Below, piece by piece: positions 1-11,881 of a DNA stretch of 32,000 nt. Positions within the stretch are counted from its first letter, which is position 1. Every line of letters starts with the position of its first letter. Location of the stretch: NCBI RefSeq assembly GCF_009831105.1, contig NZ_WUUQ01000001.1, positions 1-32,000 of the forward strand, given 5' to 3'. The notes below the pieces were generated by a model. It was not told the origin of the DNA. It saw nothing but the letters and a program-made list of their open reading frames with translations, and did not search any database. The DNA is from Copranaerobaculum intestinale. Its GTDB lineage: Bacteria > Bacillota_I > Bacilli_A > Erysipelotrichales > Erysipelotrichaceae. Made by a program: the position numbers and the translations under genes.

Positions 1-203
<203 letters not shown>

Positions 204-318
204 ATTGTTTGTTTAGCTCTTCTTTACGCTTTCGCGTTTCTGTTTTCTTGAGTTTCTTTTGAATTGACGTATTCTGTTTAGTTTTCAAAGATCGTCGCCC
301 TCGCTTGAGCGCTTGTAT

Positions 319-372
319 ATAATAGCAAATCTCTTCTACCTATGTCAATCTTTTTTACTACTTTTTTCTGTT
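319..372 (-). promoter_or_regulatory. Candidate rRNA-operon sigma-A promoter with A-rich UP-like element
   Basis: Minus strand: TTGACA (343-348), 18 nt spacer, TATTAT (319-324). It is preceded by an A-rich tract (rc of 349-370 = CAGAAAAAAGTAGTAAAAAAGA). It lies about 115 nt upstream of the 16S 5' end. Confidence 0.5.
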
Positions 373-502
373 TTTTTTGAAGAAATCTCAAATGTTTAAG
401 CATCATATACAGATTCCGCCAAATAACGACAGATTTGTGATTTTTCTACCCTATTCCCATAACCTTATATCCCCTGATTTTTCACTTTTATACATCGAAA
501 AA

Positions 503-540
503 GAAAAAAAGCAAATGCGCCGGATGGCCCATCTGCTTTT
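503..540 (-). terminator. Rho-independent terminator downstream of rpoC
   Basis: The minus-strand RNA AAGCAGAUGGGCCAUCCGGCGCAUUUGCUU forms a 9-bp outer stem (one G-U) plus an inner GCC/GGC stem, followed by a U-run. It starts about 22 nt after the rpoC stop codon (562-564). Confidence 0.6.
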
Positions 541-561
541 TCATATAAATACAGTGAAACT

Positions 562-3500
562 TTATTCTGCTTCCTCAACACTTAAATCCTCTTCTGCAAG
601 AATCTCGCTGATCTGAGCACCGGACATTTTATCAGTTGGTACAAATGCCATTAACCCTTGATCATCATCTTCATCATTGTGATTACGAGCTTCTCGTTTT
701 GCTTTCAGCTCTGCAGCTTTTTCTTCAATCAGAACTGAAGTTTCCCGGTCGCTGTGACAGCCGGTTCCCGCAGGAATCAGCTTACCGATAATAACATTCT
801 CTTTCAGTCCGATCAGATAATCCTTCTTCGCCTTAATAGCAGCCTCAGTCAGTACTTTGGTTGTTTCCTGGAAGGATGCCGCAGACAGGAAGGAATCCGT
901 TTCTACAGATGCTTTTGAAATACCCAGCAGAACCGGACGGAAAGTTGCCGGAACCTGACCGCTCAGCAAAGCTGCGCGGTTGACTTTTGTAATTTCCGTC
1001 AGAGAAATCTGGATACCCGGGTTCAGCTTCGTATCGTTGCCTTCTACTACGATTACTTTACGCAGCATCTGACGGATCATGACCTCGATATGCTTATCAG
1101 AAATTTCGATACCCTGACTCTGATATACTTTCTTTACTTCTTTTAGAATATAGTTTTGTACATCGCGTACTCCCGCTACATCTAACAGCTCTTTTGGATC
1201 AACCTGGCCTTCTGTGATCTTATCGCCTGCTTCAACAGTAGCGCCGACCTGCATCCAAGGACGAATTGCCTGCGCCAAGTTCACTTTATGAGTAATGGTT
1301 TCCTTATCGTTGGTTATCATTACTTCATAACCGCTTCCGCTTTCCAGCTGGTTGATCGCGGTAATCTCGCCCGTGATCTTCGCTAATACAGCTGCGCTCT
1401 TCGGACGGCGAGCTTCAAACAGCTCCTCAACACGTGGCAGACCCTGGGTGATATCTCCGCCGTCAGCAGAAGCTACACCACCGGTATGGAAAGTACGCAT
1501 GGTCAGCTGTGTGCCTGGCTCACCAATTGATTGAGCGGCCATGATACCGACAGCTTCTCCGACTTCCACTACTTTACCGGTTGCCATATTACGTCCATAG
1601 CATTTCTTACATACACCGTAAATAGATTTACAAGTGAATGCAGAACGGATACGGACACCGGTTACGCCTGCATCAACAATACGTTTCGCGATATCCTCTG
1701 TAACAAATTCATCAGATTCGATGATAACCTCTTTGGTTTTCGGATCGATGATCGTCTCCTTGATATAGCGTCCGACCAAACGATCTTCCAGTGACTCAAT
1801 GACACTGTTTGTCTTGCGGTCAATAATTTCTTCAATATAGTAGCCCTTATCAGTACCGCAGTCTTCCTGTTTAACAATAACATCCTGGGCTACATCTACC
1901 AGACGGCGGGTCAGATAACCTGACTCTGCAGTCTTTAATGCGGTATCCGTCAGACCTTTACGCACACCATGGGTGGAAATAAAGAACTCTGATACGTTCA
2001 GTCCTTCACGGAAGCAGGAATAGATCGGTACCTCGATGATACTTGGAACATATCCATCTTTCGTCGATTTTGACTGAGACGGCTTACTCATCAATCCGCG
2101 CATACCGGCTAACTGAGTAAAGTTCGAGATATTACCACGGGCTCCGGAACGGGACATCATGTTGATCGGATTTTTCCGATCCAATGATTTCATCAATTCT
2201 CCAGCAATGTCATCCTTAACATCAGCCCATAGCTTGTTTAAGTGACGTTCCCACTCCTGCATCGTCAACTTACCTTTGTGGCGCATTGTCATCAGCTGAG
2301 CAGCCTTTTTCTTGCCCTCTTCAACATGCTCGTATTTATTCGGCGCAACCTCAATATCCGCCAAAGACACCGTAACCCCGGCAACTGTTGAGTATTTGAA
2401 TCCCATGTTCTTGATCTCATCCAGAATTTCAGCGGTTGTGTCCACATCATAACGTTTGAAGACTTCACCGATAACTTTTCCTAAATCCTTTTTCTTAAAG
2501 GCAGATACAATCGGCAGCTCTTGCAGCGCAGCCTTAATATCACAGCCCATCGGAACAAAGTATTTATCCGGTGTTGCCTGGAAATTTTCGGTGCTCACTT
2601 CATTTAAATACGGGAAGTCAGCTGGGAACATATCATTGTAAATAACCTTACCGACAGTTGTAAGCAGATATTTACGGTTTTGTTCTTCAGTGAAAGAAGT
2701 CTTCTTCATCGCACTTGCCAAAACGGCAATGCGGGAATGCAGGTGTACTTCCTTGCTCTCATATGCCATCAATACCTCATTGACACTGCGGTAAACATGG
2801 CCTTCACTGTCCGCATACGTATTCCACAAAGCAGCTACATCCGGACAGTCCACTGACAGATAACGTTCAGCCTCACGGCGGAACTCCTCTGCTGTTTCTT
2901 CCATTGTCAGATAGAAGTTACCCATGACCATATCCTGTCCAGGGGTAACGATTGGCTTACCATCCTTTGGTCCCAAAATATTGTGAGAACCGAGCATCAG
3001 GATCAGAGCTTCGGCTCGTGCCTCTTCACTAAGCGGTACGTGCACGGCCATCTGATCACCATCGAAATCGGCGTTGAACGCAGTACATACTAGCGGATGC
3101 AGACGAATTGCCCGGCCTTCAACCAATTTCGGTTTAAAGGCCTGAATACCAAGACGATGCAGAGTTGGTGCACGGTTCATCAGAACCGGGTAGCCTTCGA
3201 TGACATCTTCTACGATATCCCAAACCCTAGGGTCTAAACGATCGATTAATTTTTCCGCAGTCTTAGGATTGCTGGCGATTTCACGATTCACAATTTCATT
3301 GATTACAAAAGGCTTAAACAGCTGGATTGCCATTTCCCTAGGCAGCCCGCACTGATACATCTTTAAATCTGGGCCGACCGCAATAACGGAACGTCCTGAG
3401 AAATCAACACGCTTACCTAACAGGTTCTGACGGAAGCGTCCCTGTTTACCTTTTAAAGAATGAGACAGCGACTTCAGAGCACGGCCACCGGCACCGGTGA

Positions 3501-4413
3501 TCGGTTTGGAACGGCGTCCATTATCAATCAGAGCGTCTACCGCTTCCTGAAGCATACGCTTTTCATTCTGTACGATGATTGCCGGAGTACCCAGCTCCAG
3601 CAGTTTCTTCAAACGGTTGTTACGGGTGATAACACGACGATATAAATCATTCAGATCGCTGGTCGCAAAACGGCCGCCGTCCAACTGCAGCATCGGGCGC
3701 AGATCTGGTGGAATTACCGGAATTACAGAAAGCACCATCCATTCCGGCTTGTTATCAGAATGGCGGAATGCCTCTACCGTATCCAAACGCTTGATCAGCT
3801 TTTTGCGCTTTTCACCCTGAGCAGTTTCCAGCTGTGTTTGGATTTCCGTATATTCTTTTTCAAGATCAACTTCTTCCAACAGGGTTTGAGCTGCTTCTGC
3901 ACCAGTCTGGGCAGTGAAAGAACCCGGCCCATAGATTGCAATATTTTCACGGTATTCTTTTTCAGAAAGAACCTGTTTATATTCCAGCTTCGTATCCTTA
4001 GGATCCGTAACAATCCAGCTGACAAAATAAACGACTTCTTCCAGCTGCTTCGGTGTTACGTTTAATAATAGTGCCATGCGGGATGGGATTCCGCGCAGAT
4101 ACCAGATATGGGCAACCGGAGCAGCCAGTTCAATATGTCCCATGCGCTCACGGCGAACACTGGATTTTGTTATCTCAACACCGCAGCGATCGCAGATCAC
4201 ACCTTTGTAACGAACTTTTTTATATTTACCGCAATAACATTCCCAGTCCTTTGATGGACCGAAGATACGCTCACAAAACAAACCATCTCGTTCTGGTTTT
4301 TGAGAACGGTAGTTGATGGTTTCCGGTTTTTTTACTTCGCCATGAGACCATTCGTGAATGCGATCAGGTGACGCCAGTGATACTTGAATGGAAGCAAAAT
4401 TGTTAACGCTCAT
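562..4413 (-). CDS. rpoC: DNA-directed RNA polymerase subunit beta'
   Basis: 1283-aa ORF with the catalytic [12 protein letters not shown] motif and N-terminal Zn-binding Cys cluster (CYCGKYKK...CDRCGVE). An AGGAGG RBS lies inside the end of rpoB, and the ATG is 3 nt after the rpoB stop. Confidence 0.98.
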   Translation of the reverse strand: MSVNNFASIQVSLASPDRIHEWSHGEVKKPETINYRSQKPERDGLFCERIFGPSKDWECYCGKYKKVRYKGVICDRCGVEITKSSVRRERMGHIELAAPVAHIWYLRGIPSRMALLLNVTPKQLEEVVYFVSWIVTDPKDTKLEYKQVLSEKEYRENIAIYGPGSFTAQTGAEAAQTLLEEVDLEKEYTEIQTQLETAQGEKRKKLIKRLDTVEAFRHSDNKPEWMVLSVIPVIPPDLRPMLQLDGGRFATSDLNDLYRRVITRNNRLKKLLELGTPAIIVQNEKRMLQEAVDALIDNGRRSKPITGAGGRALKSLSHSLKGKQGRFRQNLLGKRVDFSGRSVIAVGPDLKMYQCGLPREMAIQLFKPFVINEIVNREIASNPKTAEKLIDRLDPRVWDIVEDVIEGYPVLMNRAPTLHRLGIQAFKPKLVEGRAIRLHPLVCTAFNADFDGDQMAVHVPLSEEARAEALILMLGSHNILGPKDGKPIVTPGQDMVMGNFYLTMEETAEEFRREAERYLSVDCPDVAALWNTYADSEGHVYRSVNEVLMAYESKEVHLHSRIAVLASAMKKTSFTEEQNRKYLLTTVGKVIYNDMFPADFPYLNEVSTENFQATPDKYFVPMGCDIKAALQELPIVSAFKKKDLGKVIGEVFKRYDVDTTAEILDEIKNMGFKYSTVAGVTVSLADIEVAPNKYEHVEEGKKKAAQLMTMRHKGKLTMQEWERHLNKLWADVKDDIAGELMKSLDRKNPINMMSRSGARGNISNFTQLAGMRGLMSKPSQSKSTKDGYVPSIIEVPIYSCFREGLNVSEFFISTHGVRKGLTDTALKTAESGYLTRRLVDVAQDVIVKQEDCGTDKGYYIEEIIDRKTNSVIESLEDRLVGRYIKETIIDPKTKEVIIESDEFVTEDIAKRIVDAGVTGVRIRSAFTCKSIYGVCKKCYGRNMATGKVVEVGEAVGIMAAQSIGEPGTQLTMRTFHTGGVASADGGDITQGLPRVEELFEARRPKSAAVLAKITGEITAINQLESGSGYEVMITNDKETITHKVNLAQAIRPWMQVGATVEAGDKITEGQVDPKELLDVAGVRDVQNYILKEVKKVYQSQGIEISDKHIEVMIRQMLRKVIVVEGNDTKLNPGIQISLTEITKVNRAALLSGQVPATFRPVLLGISKASVETDSFLSAASFQETTKVLTEAAIKAKKDYLIGLKENVIIGKLIPAGTGCHSDRETSVLIEEKAAELKAKREARNHNDEDDDQGLMAFVPTDKMSGAQISEILAEEDLSVEEAE

Positions 4414-4416
4414 CTC

Positions 4417-7400
4417 TTACGCCTCCTTCTCTTCTACATCTGTTTCTTCTTCTAATACTTCAAATTCTTCGTCTTCTTCGATTATTGTTACCGGATCGCT
4501 CAGATCAATTTCTTCACCGTCTTCATCAGATTCTTCATCCAGATCAACGACGACTTCTTCCTCATCAGCTGCTTCTATCGGAGCAGTGATCGGAGGCAGC
4601 GCCGCTGCTTCATCGCCATCGGGTTTCATCAGATCAACTTCATTGCCAGCTTCATCCAGCATCTTCACATCGATCGCCAAAGCCTGCAGCTCATGCTTCA
4701 ATACGCGGAATGATTCTGGAATTCCCGGTTCAGGAATATCTTTACCCTTTATGATAGATTCATAGGTTTTGGTGCGGCCAACAATATCATCAGATTTAAC
4801 GGTTAGGATTTCCTGGAGAGTATGCGCAGCACCATATGCTTCCAATGCCCAAACTTCCATCTCACCAAAACGCTGACCGCCATTCTGTGCTTTACCGCCC
4901 AACGGCTGCTGCGTAACCAGAGAATACGGTCCGGTTGCACGGGCATGCAGTTTATCATCAACCATGTGAGCCAGCTTGATCATGTACATGACGCCTACTG
5001 AGATACGTTCATCAAATGCCTCACCGGTACGGCCGTCATACAGAACCATCTTGCCATCTTTTGTCATGGCTGCTTCTTCCATGATCTGACGCAGTTCATC
5101 ATTGCTGATACCGTCAAATACCGGAGTGGCGAATTTAACTCCCAATTTCTTTGCCGCAAATCCCAAGTGGATTTCTAATACCTGACCGATATTCATACGG
5201 GAAGGTACACCAAACGGATTCAGCATAATGTCAATCGGCGTTCCATCCGGCATATACGGCATGTCTTCCTGCGGTAAAATTTTGGAAATGACACCCTTAT
5301 TACCATGGCGTCCGGCCATCTTATCACCTTCAGAAATCTTACGTTTCTGAACGATATATACTTTGATGGTTTCATTTACTCCAGGCGGCAGTTCATGTCC
5401 TTCACTTCGTTTAAAGCTGCGGATTGAATGAACAATGCCGGCTCCGCCGTGCGGTACTTTCAACGAATTGTCACGGACTTCACGTGATTTTTCACCAAAG
5501 ATCGCCAGCAGCAGCTTTTCTTCCGGAGAAATTTCGCTCTGTCCCTTCGGCGTAACTTTACCAACCAAGATATCGCCTTCCATAACTTCAGCGCCGACCA
5601 TGATAATACCGCGGCTATCCAAATTACGGCATGCGTTTTCGGAAACATTCGGAATATCACGGGTGATTTCCTCAGGTCCCAATTTTGTTTCACGACAATC
5701 AATATCATATTCCTCAATATGAATGGATGTATAGACATCATCGCGAACCAAACGTTCACTCATGATGATTGCATCCTCATAGTTATAGCCATACCAAGTC
5801 ATGTATGCGATCGTGACGTTTTGTCCAAGTGCTAATTCACCGTTTTCCATGGATGGACCATCGGCCAAGATATCGCCTTTTTCGATCTTCTCGCCCTTGC
5901 GAACAATCGGAATCTGGTTCATGCTGGTTGAATTGTTGGAACGGGTGAATTTCTTTACACGATATTCGCGTTTGCCTTCTTTTTCCGCAACGATGATACG
6001 CTGTGAATCAACATATTCAACGACACCATCATTCTTCGCAACGATACCAGCACCGGAATCCTTTGCGATCACGTGCTCAATGCCGGTTCCGACAAACGGT
6101 GAATGCGGTTTAACCAAAGGCACTGCCTGACGCTGCATATTGGCACCCATCAGGGCACGGGAAGCATCGTCATTTTCTAAGAACGGAATACAGGCAGTCG
6201 CAACCGAAACGATCTGTTTCGGACTGACGTCGGCTAATTCTACGCTTTCGCGCTTCGCCAAGATCGTGTCACCGTTTAAACGGGATACGACCTGCTCATT
6301 TACAAGTCTGCCATCGATAACTTCATTGGCTTGGGCAATTACATAATCTGCTTCTTCATCGGCAGAGAGATAAATCGCTTCTTCCGATACAGTTCCATCT
6401 GCTTCTACTTTACGATACGGAGTCTGAATAAAACCATATTCATTGATCTTCGCATATGTAGTCAGGTTGGAGATCAATCCGATATTCGGTCCTTCAGGGG
6501 TCTCAATCGGACAGATTCGTCCATAGTGAGAAGAATGTACATCTCGAACTTCAAAGCCGGCACGATCACGTGTCAGACCGCCCGGTCCCAATGCTGAAAT
6601 ACGGCGCTTATTGGTCAGCTCAGCCAGCGGATTCTGCTGATCCATGAACTGAGAAAGCTGAGAACTCGAGAAGAACTCTTTAATGGCAGCTGTCAGCGGA
6701 CGAATGTTCATTAGTTTTTTCGGTGTTAAGGTTGCTACCTCCGCGATGGACATACGTTCCTTTACAACCCGTTCCATACGGGATAAACCGATTCTGAACT
6801 GGTTCTGAATCAGCTCGCCCACCGAACGAATCCGGCGGTTGCCCAGCATATCAATATCATCGGTATCGCCGGCCTCCTCCATTACGTTCAGATTATAGGA
6901 ATAGAATGCATACATATCGGAAATGGTAATAGTGTGCTTATTGGCAAACGGATCGTTGCCGATTACCGTTACCACCGCATCGCTGTCGAGCGTACGGATC
7001 TTGATTTCCTGTACTGCGGCACCGACTAACCATGCATAAACCGTGCCCTTCTGCACACGATTTTTCACTTCTTCCAAGGCCTTACTGGAAAGCACTTCAT
7101 TACGTACCCGCGGAGTGTATCCGTAAGCGAACTTTTCACCGTCTTCATCCATCAGATCATGCCCCTGCTCATCGGTTAAACGACCCAATGAATACATGCG
7201 CTGTCCATAATTCAGCACATCATCCATATTGCTTTTATCAAGCTTTATTTTCTTTGCGATAATACCGCCTTCAACCGTGATTTTCTCAGCCTTGCTCATC
7301 AACAGCTGAACATCTTCTTCACTCAAGATATCACCGGCATACAGCGTAATCTCATCCAATTCAATATCACCAGCCAGTACGCGGCCTACCAAACCGCTTG

Positions 7401-8613
7401 CGTAGTCGGTTGGGACAACGACCGGATCTTCATGATTAAACAACGGATTGAATGGGAAAGCAGTTACATAAACGCCCTTTTTCAATTCAACACGCAATTT
7501 TTCGCGCTCCTCACGGGTAATATGCGTACCGCTCTTCACAATCACATTGCCATTAACATCTAAAATATCCTGCGCCAGCAGGTTATGTTCCAGACGATTG
7601 ATCGCATTCAGTTTTTTACATAATTTAAAGCGTCCTGCCTTGGTCAGATCATAGCGGCGTGCATCAAAAAATTTCGCATTCATCAGGTTGATGGATCCAT
7701 CCAGCGTAGGAATTTCATCCGAACGCTGATTCTCATAAATAGAAAGCAGCGCTTCCTGCGTAGTTTTTACCTTATCTGATAATAAGGTATTTTCAATTTC
7801 CTCATATTTTCCAAAATAAGCGGCGTACAGGTTTTGATATAGATCAAAAAACTCTACATTGTCGGTGTTTTCCGGCAGATCCACCGGAATCTCACGGCCC
7901 ATGGCCGTTAAGAAGTTTTTGATATGTGTAGTATCAAAAGCATCCTCGCTGCGATCAAGATCGACAGACATGCCCAATGCTTTAAATAAAATTGTTGACA
8001 GCATCTTACGTTTGCGATCGATGCTCATGCTCAAAATACGTCCGCTGGACGTCTTTTTCATTTCAGTCATGAATTCAAGCCAAGTACCGCGGCTAGGAAT
8101 CAACTCGCAGGCATAAGATTCACGTCCGGTCTTCATATCATATCCGGTTGAGAAGTAGGCTCCCGGAGAACGTACAATCTGTGAAACGATTACTCGTTCC
8201 GCACCATTGATAATAAAAGTACCGGTTTCCGTCATCATCGGGAAGTCACCCAGGAAGACATCTTCCCATTTTGTCATAACCTCACCGGTTGTTGTATCAG
8301 TAATTTCCAGCTCCATTTTTGCTTTCAGCGGAGCCGCAAAGTTACATTCGCGGAACTGGCTTTCTTCCGCAGTATATTTCGGCGTTCCAAATTCATAATC
8401 CAAGAACTTGAGTCTGATGTTACCTCCATAGTTTTGGATTGGAAAAATCTCATTAAATACTTCAGCAATACCCTCATCTGTAAACCATTCAAAAGAGTCT
8501 GTCTGTACTTCAACCAGATTCGGCAGCTCTAAGTGACCGCTCACTTTTGAATAGTCGCGCCGCTGTGCCTTTTTACCAGCATCAACTACACGATAAGTTT
8601 CTTTTTTGTCCAT
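4417..8613 (-). CDS. rpoB: DNA-directed RNA polymerase subunit beta
   Basis: About 1400-aa ORF with [20 protein letters not shown], the rifampicin-region [20 protein letters not shown], and [12 protein letters not shown]. The longest ORF starts at 8622 (MACMDKK). The ATG at 8613 (MDKKETY) has better spacing to the AAAGGA RBS, so I prefer it. Confidence 0.97.
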   Translation of the reverse strand: MDKKETYRVVDAGKKAQRRDYSKVSGHLELPNLVEVQTDSFEWFTDEGIAEVFNEIFPIQNYGGNIRLKFLDYEFGTPKYTAEESQFRECNFAAPLKAKMELEITDTTTGEVMTKWEDVFLGDFPMMTETGTFIINGAERVIVSQIVRSPGAYFSTGYDMKTGRESYACELIPSRGTWLEFMTEMKKTSSGRILSMSIDRKRKMLSTILFKALGMSVDLDRSEDAFDTTHIKNFLTAMGREIPVDLPENTDNVEFFDLYQNLYAAYFGKYEEIENTLLSDKVKTTQEALLSIYENQRSDEIPTLDGSINLMNAKFFDARRYDLTKAGRFKLCKKLNAINRLEHNLLAQDILDVNGNVIVKSGTHITREEREKLRVELKKGVYVTAFPFNPLFNHEDPVVVPTDYASGLVGRVLAGDIELDEITLYAGDILSEEDVQLLMSKAEKITVEGGIIAKKIKLDKSNMDDVLNYGQRMYSLGRLTDEQGHDLMDEDGEKFAYGYTPRVRNEVLSSKALEEVKNRVQKGTVYAWLVGAAVQEIKIRTLDSDAVVTVIGNDPFANKHTITISDMYAFYSYNLNVMEEAGDTDDIDMLGNRRIRSVGELIQNQFRIGLSRMERVVKERMSIAEVATLTPKKLMNIRPLTAAIKEFFSSSQLSQFMDQQNPLAELTNKRRISALGPGGLTRDRAGFEVRDVHSSHYGRICPIETPEGPNIGLISNLTTYAKINEYGFIQTPYRKVEADGTVSEEAIYLSADEEADYVIAQANEVIDGRLVNEQVVSRLNGDTILAKRESVELADVSPKQIVSVATACIPFLENDDASRALMGANMQRQAVPLVKPHSPFVGTGIEHVIAKDSGAGIVAKNDGVVEYVDSQRIIVAEKEGKREYRVKKFTRSNNSTSMNQIPIVRKGEKIEKGDILADGPSMENGELALGQNVTIAYMTWYGYNYEDAIIMSERLVRDDVYTSIHIEEYDIDCRETKLGPEEITRDIPNVSENACRNLDSRGIIMVGAEVMEGDILVGKVTPKGQSEISPEEKLLLAIFGEKSREVRDNSLKVPHGGAGIVHSIRSFKRSEGHELPPGVNETIKVYIVQKRKISEGDKMAGRHGNKGVISKILPQEDMPYMPDGTPIDIMLNPFGVPSRMNIGQVLEIHLGFAAKKLGVKFATPVFDGISNDELRQIMEEAAMTKDGKMVLYDGRTGEAFDERISVGVMYMIKLAHMVDDKLHARATGPYSLVTQQPLGGKAQNGGQRFGEMEVWALEAYGAAHTLQEILTVKSDDIVGRTKTYESIIKGKDIPEPGIPESFRVLKHELQALAIDVKMLDEAGNEVDLMKPDGDEAAALPPITAPIEAADEEEVVVDLDEESDEDGEEIDLSDPVTIIEEDEEFEVLEEETDVEEKEA

Positions 8614-8712
8614 GCACGCCATCCTTTCTACATTTTTTCTGCCATGGGAAGGGCAGAAAATCCCATTTTACTATACTAGTATTATGCAATTTATTATAAT
8701 AGCAACTCTTTT

Positions 8713-9321
8713 TCAAGATGTCAACGTTTTTATGGCCTTTAATATAAAATATCCTTTTTGTTTGTTTATGACTTCACAATTACCAAACACGGAAGCAATA
8801 TGCGCACAAGCGCTTTCTGCGCCCTGCTGTTTGCGGATCACAACCCAGAGCACGCCCTTATCCCGCAGATGATCTAAGGCTTCATCAAACATTTTATAGA
8901 TAACTGCCTTGCCGGCACGAATCGGCGGATTGGTAATGATATCAGTAAAAGTGTTCCCAGATATTGCCTGATATACATCAGACACCAGAATTTCCGCAGC
9001 AACGTGATTGCGTGCTGCATTCTCTTTGGCAAGCTCAACCGCCCGCGGATTCACATCGACCATCGTAAAGTCCGTATCCGGAAAGCACGATTTCAGGGTA
9101 ATACCAACCGGACCGTAACCGCACCCCAGATCAAGCGCCGCATCACCGAGCTCTTTTCGTTCAGCGATCGTGTCTAACAGCACCCGGGTACCGTAATCCA
9201 CTTCATTTTTTGAGAAAACACCAGTATTCGTAATAAAGCGCAGATTAAAACACCAAAACCGGAAAGAAATTTCCTTCCGGTTATTTTCCAGATGACGATT
9301 ATCGGTAAAATAATGATCCAT
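8713..9321 (-). CDS. Class I SAM-dependent rRNA methyltransferase (RsmC/RsmD-like; same position as Bacillus ybxB between rplL and rpoB)
   Basis: SAM-binding motif LDLGCGYGPVG and catalytic ITNPPIRAG motif. The ATG at 9319-9321 (MDHYFTDN) is preceded by a GGGAGG RBS (9331-9336). The ORF-track start at 9348 lacks an RBS. Confidence 0.85.
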   Translation of the reverse strand: MDHYFTDNRHLENNRKEISFRFWCFNLRFITNTGVFSKNEVDYGTRVLLDTIAERKELGDAALDLGCGYGPVGITLKSCFPDTDFTMVDVNPRAVELAKENAARNHVAAEILVSDVYQAISGNTFTDIITNPPIRAGKAVIYKMFDEALDHLRDKGVLWVVIRKQQGAESACAHIASVFGNCEVINKQKGYFILKAIKTLTS

Positions 9322-9346
9322 ACGATCGTCCTCCCTTTTAGGTGAC

Positions 9347-9366
9347 AAAAAGCCCGAAGGCTTTTT
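9347..9366 (-). terminator. Small GC hairpin/attenuator after rplL
   Basis: AAAAAGCC-CGAA-GGCTTTTT is a symmetric hairpin with flanking A/T runs, 23 nt downstream of the rplL stop and upstream of the methyltransferase RBS. It is probably a partial terminator, since rpoBC follow. Confidence 0.5.
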
Positions 9367-9388
9367 GTTGTTATCAGTGATATAAGAA

Positions 9389-9763
9389 TTATTTAACTTC
9401 TACAGTAGCTCCTGCATCCATTAATTTTTTCTTGATTTCTTCTGCTTCTTCAGGCTTGATGTTTTCCTTGATTGCAGATGGGCATTTGTCAACTAAGCCC
9501 TTTGCTTCAACCAGACCTAAACCGGTTACTTCGCGCACAACCTTAATAACAGCTACTTTAGTAGGTCCAACATCTGTCAGCGTTACTGTAACTTCGCTTG
9601 GTCCTTCAGCAGCGCCGCCATCAGCCGGTGCAGCAGCTACAGCTACCGGTGCAGCAGCAGTAACGTCAAACTTTTCTTCGATTGCTTTTACTAAGTCGTT
9701 CAGTTCAAGAATAGTAGCTTCTTCTAAGTAAGCTAAAATTTCCTCATGTGTTAATTTTGCCAT
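9389..9763 (-). CDS. rplL: 50S ribosomal protein L7/L12
   Basis: N-terminal dimerisation helix ([28 protein letters not shown]), Ala/Pro hinge, and C-terminal domain [24 protein letters not shown]. The ATG at 9763 (MAKLTHEE) is 8 nt from AGGAGG. The ATG at 9769 is too close to the RBS. Confidence 0.95.
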   Translation of the reverse strand: MAKLTHEEILAYLEEATILELNDLVKAIEEKFDVTAAAPVAVAAAPADGGAAEGPSEVTVTLTDVGPTKVAVIKVVREVTGLGLVEAKGLVDKCPSAIKENIKPEEAEEIKKKLMDAGATVEVK

Positions 9764-9785
9764 GTTCATTTCCTCCTATTGGTTA

Positions 9786-10280
9786 TTAGTTTTCTTCTCG
9801 GCTGTCAGCTACCGCTTTTACAGCACATGCGAATTGGCGAACCGGTGACTGCAGACAGCTTAACAGCATGGACAGCATACCCTCACGGTTCGGCAGAACA
9901 GATAATTCTTTGATTGTATCTACGCTTACAACCTTACCTTCAACGGCACCACCCTTGATCACTAAGTGCTCATGAGTTTTGGCGAATTTCGCCAGGATGC
10001 GGGAAGGAGCGACTGCATCGTCACCAAATGCAACTGCATTCGGTCCGGTCAAGCTTTCCGTTAAACCGTCAAATCCAGCTTCAACTGCAGCGCGCTGAGT
10101 CAATGAGTTCTTATAAATTTTAAACTCGATGTTCTCTTCGCGCAGCGCTCTGCGCAGCTGGGTCATTTCGGCAACGGTAAGACCGCGATACTCGACAACA
10201 ACCGTTGACTGAGATGCTTTCATTTTGTCTGCAATTTCAGTAACGACCGCCTTTTTAGCGTCGATAATCGACTGATTCAT
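9786..10280 (-). CDS. rplJ: 50S ribosomal protein L10
   Basis: 164-aa ORF typical of L10 ([22 protein letters not shown]). AGGAGG RBS, and immediately upstream of rplL. Confidence 0.95.
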   Translation of the reverse strand: MNQSIIDAKKAVVTEIADKMKASQSTVVVEYRGLTVAEMTQLRRALREENIEFKIYKNSLTQRAAVEAGFDGLTESLTGPNAVAFGDDAVAPSRILAKFAKTHEHLVIKGGAVEGKVVSVDTIKELSVLPNREGMLSMLLSCLQSPVRQFACAVKAVADSREEN

Positions 10281-10444
10281 ATCTTACACCTCCTGATTTT
10301 ATATGTCACAATATACCAGGGAAAAATATAAAACACTCACACCGCAAGACAGTGTGAGTGAACATTTATGTTTCGCTCTACACCTCGGTAACATGATTAA
10401 GTGCATTGCACCGTTACTGTCTATGGTATATTGATAACAACGAT
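10281..10444 (-). promoter_or_regulatory. rplJ (L10) leader with intrinsic terminator/attenuator hairpin
   Basis: About 155-nt 5' UTR. The minus-strand RNA has nested helices (GUAACGGUGCAAUGCAC...GUUAC). A perfect 9-bp hairpin CACUCACAC-N9-GUGUGAGUG (10334-10360) is followed by UUUUAUAUUUUU (10322-10333). This matches the attenuation-type L10 leader known in Firmicutes. Confidence 0.55.
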
Positions 10445-10473
10445 ATTCTAAAGGAAACTCCGCTGTTTGTCAA
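10445..10473 (-). promoter_or_regulatory. Sigma-A promoter for rplJ-rplL
   Basis: Minus strand: TTGACA (10468-10473), 17 nt spacer, TAGAAT (10445-10450), directly after the rplA stop codon. Confidence 0.6.
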
Positions 10474-11160
10474 CTAGCGGGAAGTTTCGATTTTAATGCC
10501 CGGGCCCATGGTTGTGGACAGCACTACATTTTTCATGTAAACGCCCTTGACGGCAGCCGGACGGGCACGCAGCAGTACATCATAGATCGCCTTGAAGTTT
10601 TCAACCAATTTTGCATCGTCGAAACTCTTTTTACCGATCAACATATTGATATTTCCTTCTTTATCAACACGGTACTCTACTTTACCTTTTTTGATATCCT
10701 CGATCGCTTTGGCAACGTCCATTGTTACCGTGCCGGTTTTCGGGTTTGGCATTAAACCTTTTGGACCTAATACGCGTCCCAGTTTACCAAGTTCTCCCAT
10801 CATGTTTGGAGTGGCTACGATGACATCAAAGTCAAACCAGCCTTTTCCGATCTGTTCTAATAATTCTTTGCCGCCAACATAATCAGCGCCGGCATCTTTT
10901 GCTTCCTGTTCCTGAGGTCCCTGTGCAATGACACAAACCTTCTGAGAACGTCCGGTACCGTTGGGCAGCACCATCGCACCGCGGATCTGCTGATCAGCAT
11001 GACGAGGGTCTACATTTAAGCGGAAGCTTACTTCCACCGATTCATCAAATTTTGCAAAGCTTGCTTCTTTCGCCAGTTTTACCGCTTCATCAATAGAATA
11101 AGATTTTGAACGGTCAACTTTTTTAGCAGCTTCAGCATAGTTCTTTCCTACTTTTGCCAT
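10474..11160 (-). CDS. rplA: 50S ribosomal protein L1
   Basis: 228-aa [11 protein letters not shown]...[24 protein letters not shown]...[15 protein letters not shown], the canonical L1 signature. It follows rplK. Confidence 0.97.
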   Translation of the reverse strand: MAKVGKNYAEAAKKVDRSKSYSIDEAVKLAKEASFAKFDESVEVSFRLNVDPRHADQQIRGAMVLPNGTGRSQKVCVIAQGPQEQEAKDAGADYVGGKELLEQIGKGWFDFDVIVATPNMMGELGKLGRVLGPKGLMPNPKTGTVTMDVAKAIEDIKKGKVEYRVDKEGNINMLIGKKSFDDAKLVENFKAIYDVLLRARPAAVKGVYMKNVVLSTTMGPGIKIETSR

Positions 11161-11178
11161 CTTCGTTTACCTTCCTTC

Positions 11179-11598
11179 CTATTCCATGCCTTCAACGGCA
11201 ATACCCATGTTTTTAGCAGTTCCAGCTACAATTTTCATAGCTGCTTCAACATCGTTTGCGTTCAGGTCTGGCATTTTGTATTCTGCAATTTCACGCAGCT
11301 GATCAACTGTGATCTTACCTGCGATTTCTTTTGAATTTGCAGATGCTTTCTGGATACCGGCAGCTTTCTTTAACAGAATTGCAGCTGGTGTCGTTTTCAA
11401 TACGAAGTCGAAAGTCTTATCTTCGTACGCTGTGATGATAACCGGTACTAAATCTCCTGCGCGTTCTCTTGTCGCATCATTGAATGCCGAACAGAACTGC
11501 GGCATGTTGATGCCTGCAGAAGCCAAAGCCGGTCCTGGTTTTGCGCCGCCTGCCATAAACTGCAGTTTGCACACTTTAGCAACTTTTTTCTTACTCAC
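11179..11598 (-). CDS. rplK: 50S ribosomal protein L11
   Basis: [30 protein letters not shown] is the L11 N-terminal signature. The GTG start at 11596-11598 is 8 nt downstream of AGGAGG (11606-11611), so I prefer it over the longer ORF start at 11607. Confidence 0.93.
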   Translation of the reverse strand: MSKKKVAKVCKLQFMAGGAKPGPALASAGINMPQFCSAFNDATRERAGDLVPVIITAYEDKTFDFVLKTTPAAILLKKAAGIQKASANSKEIAGKITVDQLREIAEYKMPDLNANDVEAAMKIVAGTAKNMGIAVEGME

Positions 11599-11700
11599 AA
11601 GACACACCTCCTATAAATTGTTGTCTCATGCTGTGGTAATAGAACGGTTGCACGTTCTCCCACGCACTTATAAAACACCACGCAAAAGTGGTGCTCATGT

Positions 11701-11729
11701 ATTATAGCGAGTTTCGCATGAAAAAGCAA
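11701..11729 (-). promoter_or_regulatory. Candidate sigma-A promoter for rplK-rplA
   Basis: Minus strand: TTGCTT (11724-11729), 17 nt spacer, TATAAT (11701-11706). The resulting leader of about 95 nt contains hairpin CACCAC-N6-GUGGUG followed by UUUUAU. Confidence 0.5.
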
Positions 11730-11849
11730 CTGTTTCCTGTGCGGTTTTAAAAAAAACAAAACCCCAATCCGATATGATCCACCCGGTTTGTAAATGATTC
11801 GTTGCAGCTGCCGCTGAGCTTTATCAACTGCATCCAATCCTCCCTTGCC

Positions 11850-11877
11850 ATTAAAAATGTGCTGTGTACAGCACATT
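11850..11877 (-). terminator. Rho-independent terminator after the MerR-family gene
   Basis: Palindrome AATGTGCTGTGTACAGCACATT (11856-11877), 5 nt after the stop codon, followed on the minus strand by UUUUAAU. Confidence 0.55.
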
Positions 11878-11881
11878 GTGT

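Noticed and set aside
377-616. 79-aa plus-strand ORF between the 16S gene and rpoC.
   Set aside because: It spans the rpoC terminator, the rpoC 3' end and the rRNA promoter/leader region on the opposite strand. The sequence is AT-rich and low-complexity, and it has no RBS.
4417-4632. The 71-aa highly acidic C-terminal tail of RpoB (…[22 protein letters not shown]…[11 protein letters not shown]), and a similar acidic end on RpoC, considered as a novelty.
   Set aside because: As far as I recall, Bacillus-type beta subunits also end in an acidic tail. It is probably a normal Firmicute feature rather than something new.
562-8622. Many 60-130-aa ORFs in alternative frames or antisense within rpoC and rpoB (for example 4388-4765 Ser-rich, 5435-5722, 5801-6130, 7032-7262, 3760-4065).
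   Set aside because: All are nested inside two highly conserved, clearly coding genes. They have low-complexity or random-looking translations. The Ser-rich one is simply the mirror of the acidic GAA/GAT-rich tail codons. I saw no RBS for any of them.
8635-8660. 9-bp hairpin TTTTCTGCC-N8-GGCAGAAAA in the rpoB 5' UTR, considered as a terminator.
   Set aside because: It has no U-tract after the stem on the transcribed (minus) strand. At most it is a leader structure, and I cannot assign a function.
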